From: Luminiphilus sp.
GTDB taxonomy: Bacteria > Pseudomonadota > Gammaproteobacteria > Pseudomonadales > Halieaceae
NCBI GenBank assembly: GCA_045560455.1
Contig: JBJKZJ010000007.1
Location: 43,843 to 107,842, forward strand
Direction of reading: 5' to 3'
DNA length: 64,000 nucleotides
Made by a program: the position numbers and the translations under genes. This document shows, in pieces, positions 7,896 to 17,762 of the stretch. The notes under the pieces were generated by a model, which saw only the letters and a list, made by a program, of their open reading frames with translations, made no database searches and was not told where the DNA came from. Every line of letters starts with the position of its first letter. The stretch's first letter is position 1.

Positions 7896-9617
7896 TCAGA
7901 GCGGAAAAACCCGGGGCAACAGCATTAACACCACCGTGGAATAGGAGAGAGAGACCGGCCAACCAAAGCGGACGTAATCGGCACGAGAATAGCCCCCGAG
8001 GTTCTGTACCATCAGATTAGTGGTGTAGCCGAAAGGCGTCAGAAACGAAGCGCTGCCACCTAGAGCAACCGCCATGACAAATGCCATCGGTTCTAACCCC
8101 GCCGTCAGCGCAACGGTATAGCCCACGGGAAACATCAGCGCCGCGGCCGCGTTATTGGTCATCACCTCGGTCAAAAATAGCGTCAGCAGATAAACCAGAA
8201 TCAGCATCAAAACGGGCGGTAGACTGGAAAGAAACGGTGACAAAAAGGCCATCGCGTTCGCCATCAGACCTGAGTCCATGACCGCCTGACTGACTACCAG
8301 CGCTGAAGCGACGATAAGCCAGATCTCGAACGGGAAGCGCCGCCGGAGATCCGCTGCGCTCAAGAGCCCCAATCCAAGCATGATCAGGAGCAGGAACATC
8401 AAACCTGTCGCCAGCGATAACCAGCCCATGACCGACAGTGCGATGGCCAGCACCATGAATAGGGCTACAGCCAATCCTTTACCCGCAGGCAGGCTGTGGC
8501 TCGACACCGTATCGTCAACCACCAAAAAATTGCGGCTCAGGTTGCTGCGCTTTTGAAAGTCCGGGCCCACCGCCAACATCAGAGAGTCACCCGCCCGGAG
8601 CGTGATATCCCCAAGCTTGCCGGAGAGACGCTCGCCGTCGCGATGCACACCGACTACCGCTGCATCGAATCGCGAGCGGAACTCGCTATGCTTGATCGTC
8701 TGGCCAATCACCGTCGCACCGGGCAGCAACACCACCTCCGTGAGATTCGACCCCAACAGCCCCTCATCGAGGGCGAAAGACCGGAGACCATGGAATCGCT
8801 CTAACAGGCCCACGCTGGAGACATCCCCGGAAAAAATCAGCCTGTCACCCGCCTCCAGCTGTTCGCCAGGGGAGACCGGGGTCAGCAGACGACCCTCCCG
8901 CACGACCTCAACCAAAAAGAGATCGCCCAGGTCCCGCAAACCATTCGCTGCAATGCTTTTGCCGACCAGGCGAGAGTCATCCGCGACCTCCATTTCAATG
9001 AGGAAGTCATTGACGGGCAGTGCCTCTATCGGCGCGTTTGGCAGCGCGCCGCGCGCCATCATCATCACCACAAGCCCCACAAGCGCAGCGGGCAAGGCGA
9101 CGGGTAAAAAGGCAAAAAAATCAATGCCGCTGCCGGTTACGTCCTCAAGAAAGCTGCTCACGATCAGGTTGGTAGAGGTGCCAATCAGGGTCAGCGTGCC
9201 GCCCAGAATCGCAGCATAGGAAATCGGCAGGAGAATGTGGCTGGCGGGATGATGGGGGTTTTTACGCAGTGCCCCCGCCAGCGTGGCCACCACCGCCGTG
9301 TTATTGACGAAGGCCGAGAACAGCATGGTCAGGCCAGACAGACTCAACAGGGTCGAGGGTAGCGAGCGGCTCACCAACCGGTGAGAGAGCGACAACAGCC
9401 AGGGTAATCGCTCGAGGCCAATCGAGACGAGCAACAACAGGATCAGCGTCACCAACCCCTCATTTGTCGCCTTTGCCAAAACCGTCTTGATATCGACAGC
9501 CCCCACCAGCACGCAGGTAGACATCGCCAGCGTAAACAGGAGCGGTGGCGGCAAGCGGCTGAAGATCAGCATGGCAATAAGCGCTGCGACAACGAGCGCA
9601 ATCAAAACAGGCTCCAT
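7896..9617 (-). CDS. SLC13/DASS-family permease with TrkA-C domains
   Basis: SAFVNNT, GGTLTLIGTSTNL, TEVMTNNAAA, TPFGYTTNL; two RCK_C-like segments; start set at MEPVLIAL. Confidence 0.88.
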   Translation of the reverse strand: MEPVLIALVVAALIAMLIFSRLPPPLLFTLAMSTCVLVGAVDIKTVLAKATNEGLVTLILLLLVSIGLERLPWLLSLSHRLVSRSLPSTLLSLSGLTMLFSAFVNNTAVVATLAGALRKNPHHPASHILLPISYAAILGGTLTLIGTSTNLIVSSFLEDVTGSGIDFFAFLPVALPAALVGLVVMMMARGALPNAPIEALPVNDFLIEMEVADDSRLVGKSIAANGLRDLGDLFLVEVVREGRLLTPVSPGEQLEAGDRLIFSGDVSSVGLLERFHGLRSFALDEGLLGSNLTEVVLLPGATVIGQTIKHSEFRSRFDAAVVGVHRDGERLSGKLGDITLRAGDSLMLAVGPDFQKRSNLSRNFLVVDDTVSSHSLPAGKGLAVALFMVLAIALSVMGWLSLATGLMFLLLIMLGLGLLSAADLRRRFPFEIWLIVASALVVSQAVMDSGLMANAMAFLSPFLSSLPPVLMLILVYLLTLFLTEVMTNNAAAALMFPVGYTVALTAGLEPMAFVMAVALGGSASFLTPFGYTTNLMVQNLGGYSRADYVRFGWPVSLSYSTVVLMLLPRVFPL

Positions 9618-9793
9618 AAGGCCCCGGTCGGTGACATACAGCGCCCAGAATACGCACTCTTTTGGTGACACAAAATCCCCAAAATCTGGTTATCCTGCCG
9701 CTTCGCCGATAAGCTCGGCCGTCATCGGGGGCGTATTATGGATCTGGTCAAACGGCCTGCGCCTCTGTTTTATCCAGCCAACAGGAGGCCTCG

Positions 9794-10174
9794 ATGCTTG
9801 CCTATACCACCCTCGGCGTCACCGACTTCGAACGCGCCAAAGCCTTTTATGAGGCCTTGCTTGGCGTCATTGGCGCACAATACGTACTCGGCAACGAGCG
9901 CATTGCGCTCTACGGCACCGACGTCTCAAACCCCATGTTGGCGGTATGTATCCCCTATGACGAAGGCGAGCCCAGCGCGGGAAACGGTACCATGGTGGCC
10001 ATTCGCGCCGGCGCTCCCGAGGACTGTGACGCGATGTACGCCAAGGCGATTGAACTCGGTGCCACCTGTGATGGCCCACCGGGGGAACGGATGCCTGGCT
10101 TCTTCTACGGTGGATACGTCCGCGACCCGGATGGCAACAAACTGTGTTTCTGCCAGATCGGCCCCAAACAGTAG
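9794..10174 (+). CDS. VOC/glyoxalase family protein
   Basis: YTTLGVTDFERAKAFY, GNGTMVA, YVRDPDGNKL; AGGAGG RBS. Confidence 0.88.
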   Translation: MLAYTTLGVTDFERAKAFYEALLGVIGAQYVLGNERIALYGTDVSNPMLAVCIPYDEGEPSAGNGTMVAIRAGAPEDCDAMYAKAIELGATCDGPPGERMPGFFYGGYVRDPDGNKLCFCQIGPKQ

Positions 10175-10212
10175 TACTCCACTCAACTCGCATTCAATCG
10201 GATGGCTTTGCT

Positions 10213-11319
10213 ATGCGCAAATTCCTCTCTCTGAAAACACCTATTTTCCTGGTCGGACTCCTGTTCGCGAACACGGCAGCCTGGGGGCACTCCAAGACTG
10301 ACCTCATCACCGTCAGTACAGGCGACACTCTCACGGGGGCCATCAACAGCATGGCGGCGGGAAAGCTGTCGCTCAGCACGGACTGCGCCGGCACGATCAG
10401 TATCAAGTGGCGTGAGATCGAGCAAATCGAGAGCCGTTATCTTTACGAGGTACGATTGGATGAAGGGGAAAGACTCTATGGCCGTTTTATTCCCGGGGAT
10501 ACCGCCGATCAGCTCACTTTTCGTTCCCACGGCCAGAACAGGCAGTTGGAAATTGACGACATCGTTGAAGTGCGCTCCATAGAAGACAATTTGGAAGACA
10601 AACTGGATTTGCAGCTGGGCACCACGGCGGTTGTTAATACAGACACCCGGACGCTGGTGCTCAACGCCACAGCGACTTACGACGTGCGCAATGGGCGCAC
10701 CGCAATGTCTGCTCGCGTCGAAGACAACAAGACGGTTGCAGAAGACGATGAGGGCCGCGCCACAGAAATCAGCAAAACCACCAAGGTCTCCTTCTCTCGC
10801 GAATTCTGGCGATCCCGTGGCACTTCGGAATCCTTCCGGGTCTTCAACGCAGTCTACTCACAGAATGACGAATTGGGCGTTGATCATCGTGGCTCGCTAG
10901 GCGCGGGTATCGGCCGCTACTTGATTCAGGATCTCGGGCATGAGCTGGCGATTTCCGCCGGGATCCAGGGGGTACAGGAGCGACGACAATCCTGCGACGA
11001 CCAAACCGCCAAGATGGATCCCCGTTCGCCCGACAGGGAAACCTGTAACGATACCGAGTTGTTTTTTAGCTTGAACTGGCACCTGTACAGCTCTCAGGCC
11101 AGAGACATGGATATCTCGGTTACAGATAACGCCTACCCGTCCCTCTCAGACTGGGGGCGCACGCGGGGTGATTTGTTGCTCAACCTGAATTGGGAGCTGT
11201 TTGACAGTTTTTTCTGGACGTTGAGCGCTCGAACAGAGATAGACAATGCCGGTGACCGGAGTGATCCTACGCGATCAAACAGTGATTACACGGTGTCCAC
11301 AGGCATCACCTGGAAGTAA
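10213..11319 (+). CDS. Outer-membrane beta-barrel protein (DUF481-like)
   Basis: Signal peptide; N-terminal GDTLTG...IKW domain; amphipathic strands; terminal TGITWK. Confidence 0.7.
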   Translation: MRKFLSLKTPIFLVGLLFANTAAWGHSKTDLITVSTGDTLTGAINSMAAGKLSLSTDCAGTISIKWREIEQIESRYLYEVRLDEGERLYGRFIPGDTADQLTFRSHGQNRQLEIDDIVEVRSIEDNLEDKLDLQLGTTAVVNTDTRTLVLNATATYDVRNGRTAMSARVEDNKTVAEDDEGRATEISKTTKVSFSREFWRSRGTSESFRVFNAVYSQNDELGVDHRGSLGAGIGRYLIQDLGHELAISAGIQGVQERRQSCDDQTAKMDPRSPDRETCNDTELFFSLNWHLYSSQARDMDISVTDNAYPSLSDWGRTRGDLLLNLNWELFDSFFWTLSARTEIDNAGDRSDPTRSNSDYTVSTGITWK

Positions 11320-11348
11320 TGAGCGGTTCAAGAGGTGTGAGAGGCGAT

Positions 11349-13082
11349 CTAAGAGGCCCGCTCAGGCGCCGTAGCATCGGTCGGGATCATATGCACATCG
11401 CGCTGCGGAAAGGGAATGGAGATGCCTTCGGCATCGAACCGCTGTTTGACCGCCTTGTTCAACGCCCAGACCGACTCCCAGAACTCTCCTGTCTTGACAT
11501 AAGCGCGCACCAGAAAATCGATTGAATAGTCGCTGAGGTGCTTCACGCGAATGACCGGTTCCGGTGTTTGCAAGAACCGCTCATCACTCGCTACCAATTC
11601 CTCGAGTATGCCTTGCACCTTATCCAGATCATCCTCAAAACTGACCGAGTAGATGATGTCGGTGCGGCGCAGGTTCTGGCCCGTGAAATTGAGAATGACT
11701 CCACCCCAAATTTTACTGTTGGGGATAATGAGCACCTTGTTTTCGATCGTCACAATGGTGGTGTTGACCAAATTCATTTTGCGCACCTCGCCCTCAACAT
11801 CGGCAGCGGAGATGAAGTCGCCGGTGTCAAATGGCCGGTAAGCCAAAATCATAGCACCTGACGCAAAGTTGGCGAGCGTATCCTGCAGCGCAAAACCCAC
11901 AATGAAGCCGACCACACCCAGGCCCGCGATCATCGGCGCGACTGAAACACCGACTTGCGAGAGCGCGACCAAAAGCCCCAACAGGAAGACGATCGTTCCC
12001 GCCATGGAGATCATGGTCTCTTTCAAAAGTTGCGAAATTGATTGATCAGAGTGCCTGAGCGCGCGCTCCGTGACGCGCCTCGCTACGCCCGCAAGCCAGC
12101 GCGACGCGATCAGAATCAAGACGAATAGGAGCGCAGAGATTAGAGTGGTCGCCCCGCGGCTGGCCAACCAGACTTCAAATTTCTCCGTAATTTCCGCGTA
12201 GAGGACATTGATCATGGCTGTGTCGACCAGCGACAGCGCCAGGCTACCACGGACTTCGATGAGTGCTCTCCGCATCTCAAGGGTATCACCGTCGAGGCGC
12301 TGCAATTGCTCGACCACGCCACGCAGCCGGGTGGCTGAAAACTTCAGACGCTCCGATTCAAATTGTGCCGCCACAATCAAGTCAGTATCGGTGCCGTCCG
12401 CGACCTGCCGTTCTGCCAGCATATTCAGTCCATGTTGGTGCAAATGGATCAAGCCCATCATTTCTTCACCAAAATAGGAAAGCGATAGCAGTACTTTCTC
12501 TCGAAGACCAGCGGCATCAAGCTCGAGTGCCTCAAGCAGCAATACGTATTCAGTCGAGAGCTCGAGATACTGAAGCCGCTGCTCATCGAGCAGCGCTCCA
12601 AGTGACTCTTCCAGCAACAATGGCGACCCCGATAGCTCACGCTGTCTGGTAAGCGAGATGTTTAAGCGCTCTGTAAGACTGGCGTAACGCTCTACCAGCA
12701 TTTGTTCTATCAATTCGCCGCGCTGAACCAACAGTTGGTTTAATTTTTGGCGTTCTGGCCCGTCTTCTGGCATAGCCAGAACCCGCTGGGCCAAATCTAA
12801 AATGCTATCGAGGACCGCGATGGTTTTTTCGTCGCGGCGCACCTCCAATGGTTTGCGGCGCTCATCTGACCCCGGGTCGGGGTAGGACTCGAAGACGCGG
12901 AGAGAAGCCACGTCTCTGGAGATTTCCTGCGACAGCTCAGCGATGGTCAGCTCATCCTGAGGTGACGAGTCCAGTGCAACGTCCTGCTGCGCCCTAACAA
13001 CGTTAGACAGACCAAGGATGGCCACCAGCGTGGCGCAACAAATCATCCGCAGGCTTACCGCACCACTCGGTCCCTGATTCAC
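11349..13082 (-). CDS. MscS-family mechanosensitive channel with long periplasmic N-terminus
   Basis: GFIVGFALQDTLANFASG, RPFDTGD, IPNSKIW, GISIPFPQRDV. Confidence 0.9.
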   Translation of the reverse strand: MNQGPSGAVSLRMICCATLVAILGLSNVVRAQQDVALDSSPQDELTIAELSQEISRDVASLRVFESYPDPGSDERRKPLEVRRDEKTIAVLDSILDLAQRVLAMPEDGPERQKLNQLLVQRGELIEQMLVERYASLTERLNISLTRQRELSGSPLLLEESLGALLDEQRLQYLELSTEYVLLLEALELDAAGLREKVLLSLSYFGEEMMGLIHLHQHGLNMLAERQVADGTDTDLIVAAQFESERLKFSATRLRGVVEQLQRLDGDTLEMRRALIEVRGSLALSLVDTAMINVLYAEITEKFEVWLASRGATTLISALLFVLILIASRWLAGVARRVTERALRHSDQSISQLLKETMISMAGTIVFLLGLLVALSQVGVSVAPMIAGLGVVGFIVGFALQDTLANFASGAMILAYRPFDTGDFISAADVEGEVRKMNLVNTTIVTIENKVLIIPNSKIWGGVILNFTGQNLRRTDIIYSVSFEDDLDKVQGILEELVASDERFLQTPEPVIRVKHLSDYSIDFLVRAYVKTGEFWESVWALNKAVKQRFDAEGISIPFPQRDVHMIPTDATAPERAS

Positions 13083-13172
13083 TTTTCGGGCATACTAGAG
13101 AGTCGTTATGTGGACGAAGATTTTATCAAGTGAGTTCATCAGCACGGCCATGCAAGTTTCGGTGTCTGTCCG

Positions 13173-14228
13173 CTAGCCCGCGCGACGGCTCTGAACTGCG
13201 TTCGCCAAGGTCTTTAGCGTCGCGACGGATTGCGCCCAATCCATACACGGGTCGGTAATGCTCTTACCGTAGATCAATTCATCCTTGTTCACCACGTCCT
13301 GACGCCCCGCCTCGATGAAACTCTCCAACATCAGTCCGGTGATCCGACGGTCACCCCGCTCTACCTGAGAGGCGATATCCTCAGCAACGGCAACCTGACG
13401 ATCGGGTTGTTTTCGGCTGTTCGCGTGGCTCGCGTCGATCATGATGCTCTCTGGCAGGTCCGCTTTACGGAGCATGGCACAGGCATCGTCGACCGAAAAC
13501 ATATCGTAATTGGGTTGCGGGCCGCCGCGTAATATCAGGTGGCAAAACGGGTTCCCGGCCGTCTCAAAAATCGCCGACTGTCCTCCCTTGGTGACTGACA
13601 GGAAGTGATGCGAGTGTTGCGCAGCACCAATCGCATCCACCGCGATCTGGATATTGCCACCCGTACCATTCTTGAATCCCACGGGGCAAGACAAACCACT
13701 CGCAAGCTCACGATGGCTTTGACTCTCCGTTGTGCGGGCACCAATCGCGCCCCAACTGACCAGGTCGGCGATGTATTGCGGTGAAATCAGGTCGAGATAC
13801 TCCGTCGCCGTGGGCAGGCCCTCGGCATTGATATCGAGGAGCAGTTTACGAGCGCGACGCAACCCCTCGTTGACATCAAAGGAGTTGTCGAGATGAGGAT
13901 CATTGATCAAGCCCTTCCAACCCACCGTTGTGCGGGGCTTTTCGAAGTAAACACGCATCACGATCAATAGACTGTCGGAGAATTGGGCAGCGGCTTCCTT
14001 TAGTCGCCCCGCGTAGTCTAGCGCCGCCGCCGGGTCGTGGATCGAGCAGGGACCAATCACGACCACCAGTCGATCGTCCGTATGGTCGAGGACGGACTGA
14101 ATCGATGCGCGGGAATCAATGACGTGCTGCGCAACGGCGTCCCCCGCGGGCATTTCGTTGATCAACCCCTCAGGCGTCACCAGCTCTCGCAGGTTACGAA
14201 TACGAAGATCATCAATGTTGGCTGACAT
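13173..14228 (-). CDS. aroG: Class I DAHP synthase
   Basis: GPCSIHD, RVYFEKPRTTVGWKG, AIGARTTESQ, GFKNGT, SITDPC; isoenzyme identity not resolvable. Confidence 0.92.
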   Translation of the reverse strand: MSANIDDLRIRNLRELVTPEGLINEMPAGDAVAQHVIDSRASIQSVLDHTDDRLVVVIGPCSIHDPAAALDYAGRLKEAAAQFSDSLLIVMRVYFEKPRTTVGWKGLINDPHLDNSFDVNEGLRRARKLLLDINAEGLPTATEYLDLISPQYIADLVSWGAIGARTTESQSHRELASGLSCPVGFKNGTGGNIQIAVDAIGAAQHSHHFLSVTKGGQSAIFETAGNPFCHLILRGGPQPNYDMFSVDDACAMLRKADLPESIMIDASHANSRKQPDRQVAVAEDIASQVERGDRRITGLMLESFIEAGRQDVVNKDELIYGKSITDPCMDWAQSVATLKTLANAVQSRRAG

Positions 14229-14301
14229 ACCGCGTCCTTACATTCACAGCAGGGGCCCCACAACAGGCCCCACAGGCGCGCAAGAATAACACCGAGTCCG
14301 C

Positions 14302-14832
14302 TCAGTCAGTGGCCAAGTATTCACCTTCTGCTAGCACACGATCGATCAATTCCCCGATGGCATTGGCATTCACCAGGTGTGCCGCATACCAGGTGTGCAA
14401 ACAGCGAATTCGATCCGGGTCCGCAATGCCCCCGATGCCCCGCTCAGATAAGGCGGCGTCCATTCCGGTGTCTTCGAGGAGTTGCGCCTCCTCCGGCATC
14501 ATAAATCGCGCTCGTTGCGCCTTATGCCGCTTGTGATCCTCCAACATGCGCGCCCGTATGTCTGCAGATGCGTCGACCTCCGCCTGCAACCGCGCGATCC
14601 AGCCCGCCGCCTCGAGGCGATCCAACTGTAGTGACAAGCGCGCCCCTATCAACCAATACAGGGTTGGAAATGGCCGGCCGTCCACCAGCGAAGCGACCCG
14701 GATGACAACGGGCTCACCCCCAGCCTCACTCACCGCAATAGCGCGTAAACCTCTGGGCTCTCGACCCAATAGCGCAGTGACACGCTGAAGCTGCGTTGAG
14801 GTGGGTGCGGTATCTGCTACGTGAAATGACAT
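14302..14832 (-). CDS. DUF501-family protein
   Basis: LGREPRG, PFPTLYWL, GIGG...CLHTWYAAHL. Confidence 0.8.
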   Translation of the reverse strand: MSFHVADTAPTSTQLQRVTALLGREPRGLRAIAVSEAGGEPVVIRVASLVDGRPFPTLYWLIGARLSLQLDRLEAAGWIARLQAEVDASADIRARMLEDHKRHKAQRARFMMPEEAQLLEDTGMDAALSERGIGGIADPDRIRCLHTWYAAHLVNANAIGELIDRVLAEGEYLATD

Positions 14833-14857
14833 CTCTCGATCTTACCATCGAGACCAA

Positions 14858-14886
14858 TTGACCCCTGCTACTCATAAGAGTAGTGT
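14858..14886 (+). promoter_or_regulatory. Sigma70-type promoter of the cobalamin operon
   Basis: TTGACC-17 nt-TAGTGT, placing the start site near 14893, the first base of the riboswitch. Confidence 0.65.
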
Positions 14887-14892
14887 TCGCGT

Positions 14893-15049
14893 CGTCAGGT
14901 GCCTGCCGACTGTTGGTCTGGGCAGGTTAAAAGGGAAGTCCGGTGAGACGCATTCGAGTCCGGCGCTGCCCCCGCAACGGTGATCACATCAGTGAAAGCC
15001 CGATACCTGCCTGACGTGAATCCATCATGTGGAGCGGAGGGCTCCCGCA
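14893..15049 (+). ncRNA. Cobalamin riboswitch (compact form)
   Basis: P1 CGTCAGGT/GCCTGACG; AAAAGGGAAGTCCGGTG; CCGGCGCTGCCCCCGCAACGGT; B12-box-like AGCCCGATACCTGCC; downstream hairpin containing GCGGAGG; upstream of btuB-cobO. Confidence 0.92.
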
Positions 15050-15162
15050 GGATGCGATCTCATGTGCGGCCTTAAAGCGCGGCCATGTGGCATCCCACTG
15101 TCCTCCCCTGCTCATTGGTGACCGGAAATATTGCGCTGCCACAGCAGCTCCGAGGACAGAAC

Positions 15163-17151
15163 ATGCACGCGACTCGCCGTCATCAACCAACCTCTCCATT
15201 AGCTCGAGCCCCAGGGCCGTTGTTTACGCTGTCATCTACACCGTCAACGGGTTTACCGGGGCCACGTTGCGCGTGGCGTCGGCGCGCTTACGTGCACGCG
15301 CCGATCATCGCGTTTCTGCTTCTCGTCACAGAGGTGCTGGGCGCACAGCCCTCGCTGGCGCAGCAGATTCAACCGGAGGATGCGATAGAAGAAACTGTTG
15401 TCGTCGCCTCGAGGGCTCACGATCTGATCGATCAGGTCGGCGTATCGGTGAGCGTGCTCAACCGTGACGCAATGCGGGCACTGGGCTACCCAGACCTCGG
15501 CTCGCTACTGGATACTCAGCCGGGCGTCACAGTGACCATGGATGGCGGCTATGGCAAAGCGGCTGCGGTGCGCATTCGCGGTGAGGAGGGTTACCGCACA
15601 CGCATCGTACTCGACGGTATCAACATCGCAGACCCCTCTTCCCCGCAGATCAGCCCGAGGGTAGAGCACCTGTTGAGCAGCGGCCTCGCCCGGGTTGAAA
15701 TACTGCGCGGGCCACAGGGCTTGATGTGGGGCGCGGATGCCGGCGGGGTCATTCTGATGTCCACCACGGACACGCGATCTAAAACCGGTCTCGAGGGTTT
15801 TCTGGAGGCCGGCGGCGATGATTTTTACCAGGGTGCACTGAGCGGCGTCGTCGCTACTGACACGCTGCGAGCGTCCCTTTCGCTCGGGCAGTTGAAAACC
15901 GACGGTATTAACGCGCGAGATATTGACGCCGTCGGTGCCGACCGGGACGGCTATGAAAACACTACGGCCCACGGCGCCATGTCCTATCAGGTCAGCGAAG
16001 CGGTCTCTCTGGAGATAGCTGCCACCGAACTATCCGGTGACAATGAATACGATGGTTGCTACGACACCGTCACCTTCGCCCTCATCCACGATTGTGAAGA
16101 CGAATACCAACAGCAAGCCTGGCGGCTGGGCACCCAGCTCAGTTTTGGGGATCACAATGTGTCTCTAAGCGTTGCATCCAGTGACACGGAGCGCGCTTTT
16201 TTTTCCGCGGGACAACGCTCCTATGACACCCGGGGCGAAACTGACACGTTCTCGCTCATCGGCACGTGGCGGCCTACAGAGTCGACGCGCCTGACCTACG
16301 GCATCGATCAGGAAGAGCAATCCTTGTCTGATGGCAGCACCGATTGGTCGCGCGACAATACCGGGCTCTATCTGGAGGCACAGCAAAAATTCGGTGCGGG
16401 CGTCGTGACCGTTGGCTGGCGCCGGGATGACAATGACGATTTTGGCGAGCATGACAGTTGGCGTATCAGTGGCCGTCTTGGCTTGACCGGCTTTGCAGAG
16501 GCATGGGCGATCCGCGCAGCTACCGGCACGGGATTCCGCGCGCCCAGCCTCTATGAAATCGCCTACAACAACGGGCCCTTCTCCTACGCCCCGGCCAGCG
16601 GCACGACGCTCCTTGAGGAGCGATCAAAAGGCTGGGAGTTGGGCCTGATCGGTCAGATCGGTGCCCTTGATTTGGAGATCATTTGGTTTGACCAGCAAAT
16701 CGAGAACGAGATCGTTTTTGATCTGACAAGCTACAGCGGGTATCTGCAGAGCACGGGCAGGAGCGAAGCTGAAGGCGTTGAAGTGGTTGGGAGCCTGCCT
16801 CTGTCGCCGGCCTGGCTCATCGAGGGCAATCTCACCTGGATGGATGCCACCCAGCAAACGGGGGCCGACCGGCCGTATCGACCCGAGCAAACAGCCCGTC
16901 TGAGCCTCAGGTGGCAGCGAGACGACTGGTCGGCAAACCTCACTGCAAGACACACCGGCGAGGCCATGGATCCGTTCCTGACCAAGATTGACAGCACCTT
17001 TACGCTGGATCTCACCGCACGCTGGTCAGTGACACCGACATTATCCCTGGAGGCACGCATACTGAACCTGACAGATAGCACCGATCAGCAATTGCCCGGC
17101 TATCGTGTGCCCGGCACCACGGCCTTTCTAGGCGCGCGCATCAGCCTGTAG
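15163..17151 (+). CDS. btuB: TonB-dependent cobalamin receptor
   Basis: TonB box EETVVVASR, plug motif RVEILRGPQ, GTGFRAPSLYE; follows a cobalamin riboswitch; GAGGA RBS at 15152. Confidence 0.85.
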   Translation: MHATRRHQPTSPLARAPGPLFTLSSTPSTGLPGPRCAWRRRAYVHAPIIAFLLLVTEVLGAQPSLAQQIQPEDAIEETVVVASRAHDLIDQVGVSVSVLNRDAMRALGYPDLGSLLDTQPGVTVTMDGGYGKAAAVRIRGEEGYRTRIVLDGINIADPSSPQISPRVEHLLSSGLARVEILRGPQGLMWGADAGGVILMSTTDTRSKTGLEGFLEAGGDDFYQGALSGVVATDTLRASLSLGQLKTDGINARDIDAVGADRDGYENTTAHGAMSYQVSEAVSLEIAATELSGDNEYDGCYDTVTFALIHDCEDEYQQQAWRLGTQLSFGDHNVSLSVASSDTERAFFSAGQRSYDTRGETDTFSLIGTWRPTESTRLTYGIDQEEQSLSDGSTDWSRDNTGLYLEAQQKFGAGVVTVGWRRDDNDDFGEHDSWRISGRLGLTGFAEAWAIRAATGTGFRAPSLYEIAYNNGPFSYAPASGTTLLEERSKGWELGLIGQIGALDLEIIWFDQQIENEIVFDLTSYSGYLQSTGRSEAEGVEVVGSLPLSPAWLIEGNLTWMDATQQTGADRPYRPEQTARLSLRWQRDDWSANLTARHTGEAMDPFLTKIDSTFTLDLTARWSVTPTLSLEARILNLTDSTDQQLPGYRVPGTTAFLGARISL

Positions 17152-17160
17152 GATCTGACT

Positions 17161-17760
17161 ATGGATCGCACCACAAAACACAATAAGGCCATGGCCAAGC
17201 AGAAAGCGGCCGTCGACGAGGGTATTGCCAAAGCGGACACAGAGCGTGGCGTGAGCGTGCTACTCACAGGCGATGGCAAGGGAAAAACCAGCTCGGCCTT
17301 TGGGATGGTCATACGGGCACGTGGTTATAACCAGAAAGTCGGGATTGTTCAGTTCATCAAAGGGGCTCAGCCTTCCGGCGAGGAAGTTTTCGTACGGGAG
17401 CATTTGGCCGAGGTAACGCTTTTTCAAATGGGCACCGGCTTTACCTGGGACACACAGGATCGCGATGGCGACATCGCTGCGGCCCAGCGCACATGGCAAC
17501 AGGCCAAAGACATGCTGGCCGATGCCAGCTACGACCTCGTTGTACTCGATGAGTTGACCTACATGTTGGCTTTTGACTATCTGCCGGAGGACGAGGTGAT
17601 TTCCGCCATCACGAATCGGCCGGAGAGCCAGAGCTTGGTCATCACCGGCCGTGGTGGCGGTCCGGCCTTGCGTGAGGTGATGGACACAGTATCCGAGGTT
17701 AAGGAAATCAAACACGCCTATCGCGCCGGCATTCGTGCACGCCAAGGCGTGGATTACTGA
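17161..17760 (+). CDS. cobO: Cob(I)alamin adenosyltransferase (CobO/BtuR)
   Basis: TGDGKGKTSSAFG, VQFIKG, GTGFTW, VVLDEL, ITGRG, GVDY end. Confidence 0.93.
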   Translation: MDRTTKHNKAMAKQKAAVDEGIAKADTERGVSVLLTGDGKGKTSSAFGMVIRARGYNQKVGIVQFIKGAQPSGEEVFVREHLAEVTLFQMGTGFTWDTQDRDGDIAAAQRTWQQAKDMLADASYDLVVLDELTYMLAFDYLPEDEVISAITNRPESQSLVITGRGGGPALREVMDTVSEVKEIKHAYRAGIRARQGVDY

Positions 17761-17762
17761 CA

